Below, piece by piece: positions 58,614-64,000 of a stretch of DNA of 64,000 bases. Source of the DNA: a bacterium (GTDB lineage Bacteria > Sysuimicrobiota > Sysuimicrobiia > Sysuimicrobiales > Segetimicrobiaceae); the NCBI GenBank assembly GCA_035945995.1, contig DASYZR010000166.1:4855-68854 (forward strand), in the 5' to 3' direction. Under the pieces are notes generated by a model. That model was not told where the DNA came from and searched no databases. It saw only the letters and a list, made by a program, of their open reading frames with translations. The position numbers were made by a program, and so were the translations under genes. The stretch's first letter is position 1. Each line of letters starts with the position of its first letter.

Positions 58614-59365
58614 CGGAGTCGCTCGTGCTGGAGCACGTCACCGTGCGGTTCGGCGGGCTCGTGGCCGTGGACGCCGTCAGTGTGGCGGTCGAACCCGGCA
58701 AGATCACCGGCCTCATCGGCCCGAACGGCGCCGGCAAGACGACGATCTTCAGCGTGATCAGCGGCCGGCTCCGCCCGACCGCCGGCCGGATCGTGGCGTT
58801 GGGCCGCGACATCACCGGCTGGTCGCCGCACGCGGTGTGCCGGCACGGCGTGTGCGTGACGCATCAGATCGTACGCCCGTTCGCCGACCTCTCCGTGCTG
58901 GAGAACGTCATGGTCGGCGCCGCGTTCGGCGGCGGCGCCCGCGTCGAGGCCCGGTCGGTGCAGACGGAGGCGATGGCCGTGCTCGAATTCGCCGGGCTGG
59001 CGGCGCGCGCCGATCTGCCCGCCGCGTCGCTTACCCTGGCGCAACGCAAGCGCCTGGAGATCGCCCGGGCGCTCGCGACCCGGCCGGCGGTCCTGCTGCT
59101 CGATGAGGTCCTCGCCGGCCTGACCCCCGCCGAAGTCGCGCAGGCGGCCGGACTCGTGCGCCAGATCTCGGCCCGCGGCACCACCATCGTGATGATCGAG
59201 CACGTGATGCACGCGGTGATGAATCTCTCGCACCGCGTGCTGGTCCTCAACTACGGCCGGCTGATCGCCGACGGGACGCCCGCCGAGGTGACCGGGAACC
59301 CCGAAGTGATCGAAGCCTATCTCGGCGTCGGCGCGCAGACGGGAGAGGAGCCCCTGCATGACTGA
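58610..59365 (+). CDS. livG: branched-chain amino acid ABC transporter ATP-binding protein
   Basis: Walker A GPNGAGKTT, signature and Walker B motifs. The ATG overlaps the livM stop. Confidence 0.9.
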   Translation: MTESLVLEHVTVRFGGLVAVDAVSVAVEPGKITGLIGPNGAGKTTIFSVISGRLRPTAGRIVALGRDITGWSPHAVCRHGVCVTHQIVRPFADLSVLENVMVGAAFGGGARVEARSVQTEAMAVLEFAGLAARADLPAASLTLAQRKRLEIARALATRPAVLLLDEVLAGLTPAEVAQAAGLVRQISARGTTIVMIEHVMHAVMNLSHRVLVLNYGRLIADGTPAEVTGNPEVIEAYLGVGAQTGEEPLHD

Positions 59366-60128
59366 GCCTCCATCGAACGGCGCCGCGTCGTCCGTCCGGG
59401 ACGCGGGGGCGGGGGGGGAGCCGCTGCTCGAGGTCAACGGGGTCGCCGCGGCGTACGGTGAGGTCCGCGCGCTGTGGGACATCTCGTTTGCCGTGCGCGA
59501 AGGCGAGATCGTGACGCTGCTCGGCGCGAACGGGTCCGGCAAGACCACCACGATGCGCGTGATCTCCGGGCTGCTCCGTCCCCTGGTCGGCGACGTTCGC
59601 TTCGGGGGCCGGCCGATTCACCGGCTGCGCGCCCCGGCCATCGTCGAGGCGGGCGTCATTCAGATCCCCGAGGGCCGCCGGCTGTGGCCGCGGATGACGG
59701 TGCTCGAGAACCTGGAACTCGGCGCGTACCTCCCGCAGAGTCGCGCCCGTCGGCACGAGACGCTGGCGTGGGTGCTGTCGCTCTTCCCCCGTCTCGCGGA
59801 GCGCCGGATGCAGCTTGCCGGCACGCTCTCCGGGGGCGAGCAGCAGATGCTCGCGATCGGGCGGGGCCTTATGGGGCTGCCGCGCCTGCTCATGCTCGAC
59901 GAGCCCTCCCTCGGCCTCGCGCCGATCCTCGTCAAGGAAGTCTTTCGCATCGTGCGCCAGATCAACGCCGAGGGGGTCACCATTCTGCTCGTGGAGCAAA
60001 ACGTGCACCAGGCCCTCGAGCTCGCGTCGCGGGGCTACGTGCTCGAAACCGGCCGCATCACGCGGTCGGGGTCCGCGGCGGACCTGCTGCAAGACCCCGA
60101 GATCAAGCGCGCGTATCTCGGCCGGTAG
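59358..60128 (+). CDS. livF: branched-chain amino acid ABC transporter ATP-binding protein
   Basis: Walker A GANGSGKTT, LSGGEQQ signature and LLMLDEPS Walker B. Confidence 0.9.
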   Translation: MTEPPSNGAASSVRDAGAGGEPLLEVNGVAAAYGEVRALWDISFAVREGEIVTLLGANGSGKTTTMRVISGLLRPLVGDVRFGGRPIHRLRAPAIVEAGVIQIPEGRRLWPRMTVLENLELGAYLPQSRARRHETLAWVLSLFPRLAERRMQLAGTLSGGEQQMLAIGRGLMGLPRLLMLDEPSLGLAPILVKEVFRIVRQINAEGVTILLVEQNVHQALELASRGYVLETGRITRSGSAADLLQDPEIKRAYLGR

Positions 60129-60189
60129 AGGATTCCCTTCCCGGCGGACGAACTCCAGGGCACCGATGGAAACCGCGCAAGGGGGGACC

Positions 60190-61539
60190 ATGATGTCCGA
60201 ACGCCAGACCGCCCGGCTCACCAGGCGGCAGTTCGTCACCGCCGGCGGGGTGCTCGCCGGATCGTTGGCCGCGGCGCGCCTCGGCGGACGGCCCGCCTTC
60301 GGGGCGGCTGCGCCCGAGATCGTCTTCACCACCGACCAGCTCATTCCGCTGCAGGAACAGGAGTGGGCGCGCACGAGCCTGATGGCGGGCTTCACGAAGG
60401 CGTCCGGCATCCCGGTCCGGTTCATCGCGGAAGGGGACGGCCCGTACGTCGACCGGATGGTCGCGGAGGCCAAGGCGGGGCGCGGAACGATCAGCGCGAC
60501 CGGCGCGCTGCACGGTCTCTACCCCATCCTCCTCAGCGCCAATCTGATCCGGGACATGGCGCCGGTGCAAAAACAGCTCGGGGGGCTGAAGGACCGCACG
60601 TTTTACAAGGACCTGCTCGCGGTGTCGCACATGGGCGGCATCCAGGCGTTCATACCCTGGATGCAGGCGACCTACGTCTTCGCGGCCGCCAAGTCGTCGC
60701 TGCAGTACTTCCCCAAAGGCCGCAACCCGATGCGGATGACCTACGACGATCTGCTGCAATGGGGACAGAACATTCGGCAGGCCGCCGGGCAGCGCCGGCT
60801 CGGCTTCCCCGTCGGGCCGAACGGCCTGTACGGCCGCTTCCTGCACGGCTACGCCTATCCGTCGTTTACCGGAGCGCAGGTCAAGCGGTTCAAGTCTCCC
60901 GAGGCCGTCGCGATGTGGCAGTACCTGCGCCGGCTCTGGGGCGTCACGCATCCGTCGTCGTTCACGTACGAGTTCATGTACGAACCCCTCCTGTCCGGTG
61001 AGGTCTGGGTCGCGTGGGACCACACGGCCCGGCTGATTCCCGCCCTCCGCCAGAAGCCGGACGACTTCGTGGTGCTGCCCTCGCCGGCGGGGCCGCGCGG
61101 CCGGTCCTTCATCTCGGTGATCGTGGGACTGTCGATTCCCAAGAACGCCCCCGACCCGGACGGCGGCGTCAAGCTGATCGAGTACCTGACCCGCCCGTCG
61201 ACGCAGCTCCTGACGCTCGTGGGCGACGGGTTTTTCCCGGTGTCGCCCGAAGTGGCGAAGTCGGCGACCAGCGGATGGGTCAAGGTCGTGGCGGACGGGG
61301 TGTCCGCGCAGGCCGGGGCGCCGGACGCGCACACCGCGCTGCTCCCGGTGGGGTTGGGCGCCCGAACCGCGGAATTCGTCCCGATCTACGCCGACACGTT
61401 CCGGCTGATCGCGATTCAGGGGAAGAGCATTCCGGACGTGCTCACGGCGCAGGCCGGCCGGCTCGCGGCGCTGTACCAGGCGGCGAACGCGGTGTGCCCG
61501 CCGCCGGATCCCGCGATCACGCCCTGTAAGCCGGACTAG
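60190..61539 (+). CDS. ABC transporter extracellular solute-binding protein, family 1 (carbohydrate type), Tat signal
   Basis: AAGGGGGG ribosome-binding site. Twin-arginine motif (TRRQFVTAGGVLAGSLAAA). Family-1 substrate-binding composition. Confidence 0.85.
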   Translation: MMSERQTARLTRRQFVTAGGVLAGSLAAARLGGRPAFGAAAPEIVFTTDQLIPLQEQEWARTSLMAGFTKASGIPVRFIAEGDGPYVDRMVAEAKAGRGTISATGALHGLYPILLSANLIRDMAPVQKQLGGLKDRTFYKDLLAVSHMGGIQAFIPWMQATYVFAAAKSSLQYFPKGRNPMRMTYDDLLQWGQNIRQAAGQRRLGFPVGPNGLYGRFLHGYAYPSFTGAQVKRFKSPEAVAMWQYLRRLWGVTHPSSFTYEFMYEPLLSGEVWVAWDHTARLIPALRQKPDDFVVLPSPAGPRGRSFISVIVGLSIPKNAPDPDGGVKLIEYLTRPSTQLLTLVGDGFFPVSPEVAKSATSGWVKVVADGVSAQAGAPDAHTALLPVGLGARTAEFVPIYADTFRLIAIQGKSIPDVLTAQAGRLAALYQAANAVCPPPDPAITPCKPD

Positions 61540-61558
61540 GACCCCGCCGGGCCGACGG

Positions 61559-62425
61559 GTGGCGAAGTCGCGCCGCGCCGCGTGGGCGCCGTACCTTCTG
61601 GCGGTGCCCACGCTGGTGTTTCTCGGCGTGTTCGTCGCCTATCCGATGGTCCAGGCGTTTCTGCTGGGCATCACCACGCCGGACACAGGACGGGTCACCC
61701 TCGACAATGTCCGGCGGATGACGTCGGACCTTTACTTTACTCCGGCGGTCCGCGACACCCTGGTGATCACGGCGGTCGCGATTCCCCTGCAGGTCGCGCT
61801 GGGACTGGCGATGGCGCTCCTCGTGCAGACCCGCTTCGCGGGGCATTCGATCTTTCTGTACCTCTGCGCGGTGCCGATCGGGATTTCCGATCTCGCCGCG
61901 GGGCTGATCTGGCTGTCGATCTTCACGGAGCGCGGGTACCTCAACGCGCTGCTGTTCGGCCTCGGCCGGATCACCCAGCCCGGGCCGTTCCTCACGTACG
62001 ACCGGCCGGGGTGGCTCCTTGCGGCCGTCGTGCTGACGGAGGTCTGGCGGGCCACGGCGATCGTGATGCTGATCCTGCTGAGCGGCCTGCAGTTGATCCC
62101 CAAGGACTACCTCGAGTCGGCCCAGGTGTTTGGGGCCGGTCCCTGGCAGACCCTGCGGTGGGTGACGCTGCCGCTGCTGCGGGCCAGCCTGCAGACGGCG
62201 CTGATCATCCGGACGATCCTCGCCTTCGAGGTGTTTGCGCCGGTGATGATGCTCACGGGCCGGCTGCTGCCCGTGCTGGCCGGCGAGTCCTACCTTTGGT
62301 ACTCGCTGTACCGCAACCCCAACGTCGCGAGCGCCTACGGCGCCCTGATCCTCCTGCTGTCGGGGGCGTTCACCTGGACGTACCTGCGCGTGCTCCGGCC
62401 GCGCCCGGGGGAGGTGCAGGGGTGA
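61559..62425 (+). CDS. carbohydrate ABC transporter permease (MalF/UgpA-like)
   Basis: 6-TM permease with an EAA-like motif region. 288 aa. Confidence 0.9.
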   Translation: MAKSRRAAWAPYLLAVPTLVFLGVFVAYPMVQAFLLGITTPDTGRVTLDNVRRMTSDLYFTPAVRDTLVITAVAIPLQVALGLAMALLVQTRFAGHSIFLYLCAVPIGISDLAAGLIWLSIFTERGYLNALLFGLGRITQPGPFLTYDRPGWLLAAVVLTEVWRATAIVMLILLSGLQLIPKDYLESAQVFGAGPWQTLRWVTLPLLRASLQTALIIRTILAFEVFAPVMMLTGRLLPVLAGESYLWYSLYRNPNVASAYGALILLLSGAFTWTYLRVLRPRPGEVQG

Positions 62426-63237
62426 CATTCCGCCGGCTGAGCGTCTACAGCGCCGCGGTCGTGATCGCGGCGTGGGTGGTCTTTCCGATCGTGCTGATCG
62501 CGCTCGCCGCCTTCACGCCCCGGGAGGCGCTCTACGCGTGGCCGCGTCCCCTCTGGCCGGCCCGCTTCACGCTCGCCACCATGCGCACGTTTCTCGAGTC
62601 CACCGACGTGCTGCGATCCACCTGGAACAGCCTGCAGGTCGCGGGGATGACGATCGGGATGGCGTTTCTGATCTCCGCCCCCGCGGCGTACGCGCTGGCG
62701 CGCTACCGGTTCCGCGGGCGCGAGGCGCTGCAGTTCCTCGTGCTCGCGACGAAGATGTTCCCGGCCGCGATCCTGGCGGTCCCCCTGGCCGTCGCCTTCA
62801 TCCGATGGGGGCTCTACGACACGCTCTTCGGCGTCGCGCTCGTCCACACGGCGCTGGCCGTGCCGTTCGTGATGACGATGGTGACCGGGATTTTCGTGGC
62901 GATCTCCTACGAGCTGGAAGAGGCCGCGATGACCCTGGGGAGCAGCCGGCTCGGCGCGGTGATCCGAATCACGCTGCCCATGGCGCTGCCGGGCCTCGCC
63001 GCGGCCGGCATCTTCACGTTCATCACGTCGTGGAACGAGGTGTTCGCGGCGTCCATCCTCACGGTCGACCACCGGACGCTGCCGGCGCTCATCCTCAACG
63101 CCGTGGTGGGCAGCGGCGCCGGCGCGCCGCTTGATTACCGGTTCGCCGGCGGCTTTTTCATGATCGTCCCGGCGCTGGTGATCATGCTGCTCATCCGCCG
63201 CTACCTGCTGACGCTGTGGGGGGTCGCGCTGCGCTGA
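62422..63237 (+). CDS. carbohydrate ABC transporter permease (MalG/UgpE-like)
   Basis: GTG start overlaps the preceding stop as GTGA. C-terminal 271 aa of ORF 61582..63237. Confidence 0.9.
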   Translation: MTFRRLSVYSAAVVIAAWVVFPIVLIALAAFTPREALYAWPRPLWPARFTLATMRTFLESTDVLRSTWNSLQVAGMTIGMAFLISAPAAYALARYRFRGREALQFLVLATKMFPAAILAVPLAVAFIRWGLYDTLFGVALVHTALAVPFVMTMVTGIFVAISYELEEAAMTLGSSRLGAVIRITLPMALPGLAAAGIFTFITSWNEVFAASILTVDHRTLPALILNAVVGSGAGAPLDYRFAGGFFMIVPALVIMLLIRRYLLTLWGVALR

Positions 63238-64000
63238 TGGCGGAGGTCCGGCTCGAGCACCTGCGCAAGACCTACGGGAAGGTAACCGCCATCGACGATG
63301 TGTCGCTCGCGGTCGACGACGGGGAGTTTCTGGTCCTGCTCGGCCCGTCCGGATGCGGCAAGACGACGGTGTTGCGGGCCGTGGCCGGCCTCGAGGAACT
63401 CGACCGGGGCCGAATTTTCATCGGCGGCCGCGACGTCACCCGGCTCCCGCCGGGCCGGCGCCGGATCGCGATGGTGTTTCAGTCCTACGCGGTCTTCCCG
63501 CACCTCCGCGTCTACGACAACATCGTCTTCGGGCTGCGCATGGCGCGGGAGCCGGCCGCCGAGCAGCGCCGGCGCGCCCAGGATGCCGCGGAGTTGCTGC
63601 AGATTCAGGATCTGCTCGACCGGTATCCCGCCCAGCTGTCCGGAGGCCAGCGGCAGCGCGTCGCGGTGGCGCGGGCGATCGTGATGCGGCCGGACGTCCT
63701 CCTGATGGACGAGCCGCTCAGCAACCTGGACGCGCTGCTGCGGCTGCACATGCGAACGGAGCTCAAGCGCATCCACCGCGAGCTGCGGGCGACGACGATC
63801 TACGTCACCCACGATCAGGTCGAAGCGCTGAGCCTCGGCCAGCGCATCGCGGTCATGTACGCCGGCCGGATCGTGCAGCACGATACCCCGTTGCGGGTCT
63901 ACGATGCGCCCGCCAGCCGGCTGGTCGGCGCGTTCATCGGCAATCCGCCCATGAACTTTCTCGAGGGACTCGCGCAGGCGACCGGCGGCGGAACCGCCCT
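63237..64000 (+). CDS. sugar ABC transporter ATP-binding protein (MalK/UgpC-like), 3' end outside the window
   Basis: Reading frame from the ATG at 63237 gives [44 protein letters not shown]...[14 protein letters not shown]...[11 protein letters not shown]. It is not in the ORF track because no stop occurs before the window end. Confidence 0.85.
   Translation, partial: MAEVRLEHLRKTYGKVTAIDDVSLAVDDGEFLVLLGPSGCGKTTVLRAVAGLEELDRGRIFIGGRDVTRLPPGRRRIAMVFQSYAVFPHLRVYDNIVFGLRMAREPAAEQRRRAQDAAELLQIQDLLDRYPAQLSGGQRQRVAVARAIVMRPDVLLMDEPLSNLDALLRLHMRTELKRIHRELRATTIYVTHDQVEALSLGQRIAVMYAGRIVQHDTPLRVYDAPASRLVGAFIGNPPMNFLEGLAQATGGGTA

Noticed and set aside
63298-63684. 128-aa plus ORF inside the terminal ATPase gene
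   Set aside because: Wrong frame. The in-frame reading from ATG 63237 gives a textbook ABC ATPase (Walker [15 protein letters not shown]).

Overview
This 64 kb window has about 70% GC, many GTG/TTG starts and frequent 4-nt start/stop overlaps (GTGA/ATGA), typical of a high-GC soil bacterium such as Actinomycetota or a related lineage. It is densely coding, with no rRNA, tRNA or CRISPR array seen. Gene content in order:

- **226-6324, minus strand:** a family-5 peptide-type ABC transporter operon (substrate-binding protein plus two permeases, no ATPase in the window), preceded by a DUF4387/DUF1446 (AtuA-like) pair and a GntR/HutC regulator with a candidate operator palindrome.
- **6509-13202, minus strand:** an aspartate-pathway cluster (lysC, thrB, thrC, hom, a DUF2007-DapA fusion, rsmI).
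- **13215-18128:** housekeeping and accessory genes (NAD-dependent epimerase, CGNR zinc-finger protein, CBS-pair protein, MBL-fold hydrolase, gamma-carbonic-anhydrase-like protein, AlkA-like glycosylase).
- **18472-29036, plus strand:** an alpha-glucan (GlgE-pathway) cluster: an unusual GH57-like/TrkA_C fusion protein, glgE, a treS-maltokinase fusion carrying a +1 frameshift at a C7 tract, treZ, and a translationally coupled PdxA-family dehydrogenase.
- **about 29.7-31.3 kb:** a lower-GC island (about 57% GC) with a secreted Cys-containing protein, a 62-aa membrane protein and a rho-independent terminator, lying between a truncated cNMP-binding membrane protein and a Crp/Fnr regulator.
- **31992-39946:** a second GH57 enzyme, an MFS transporter and glcD-glcF-glcE.
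- **39983-45668:** an accessory stretch with APH(6)-like and AAC(6')-Ib-like aminoglycoside-modifying enzyme homologs, DUF488, cupin and Kelch proteins, a methyltransferase pseudogene and a creatininase.
- **45795-47360:** an M32 carboxypeptidase.
- **47400-55165, minus strand:** a small membrane-anchored protein, glgA, galT-like, a family-5 substrate-binding protein, an amidohydrolase and DppB/DppC permeases, again without an ATPase.
- **55386-60128:** a LivKHMGF branched-chain amino-acid transporter.
- **60190-64000:** a sugar-type ABC transporter (Tat-signal substrate-binding protein, two permeases, partial ATPase).

A short GC-rich hairpin repeat, CCCCGTCT(K)(M)CGCGGGG, recurs at three GTGA gene junctions and is tandemly amplified at two of them. 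Long ORFs antisense to real genes are composition artifacts and were rejected. Position estimates taken by eye from the sequence lines may be off by 1-2 nt; gene boundaries were derived by codon arithmetic from the ORF track.
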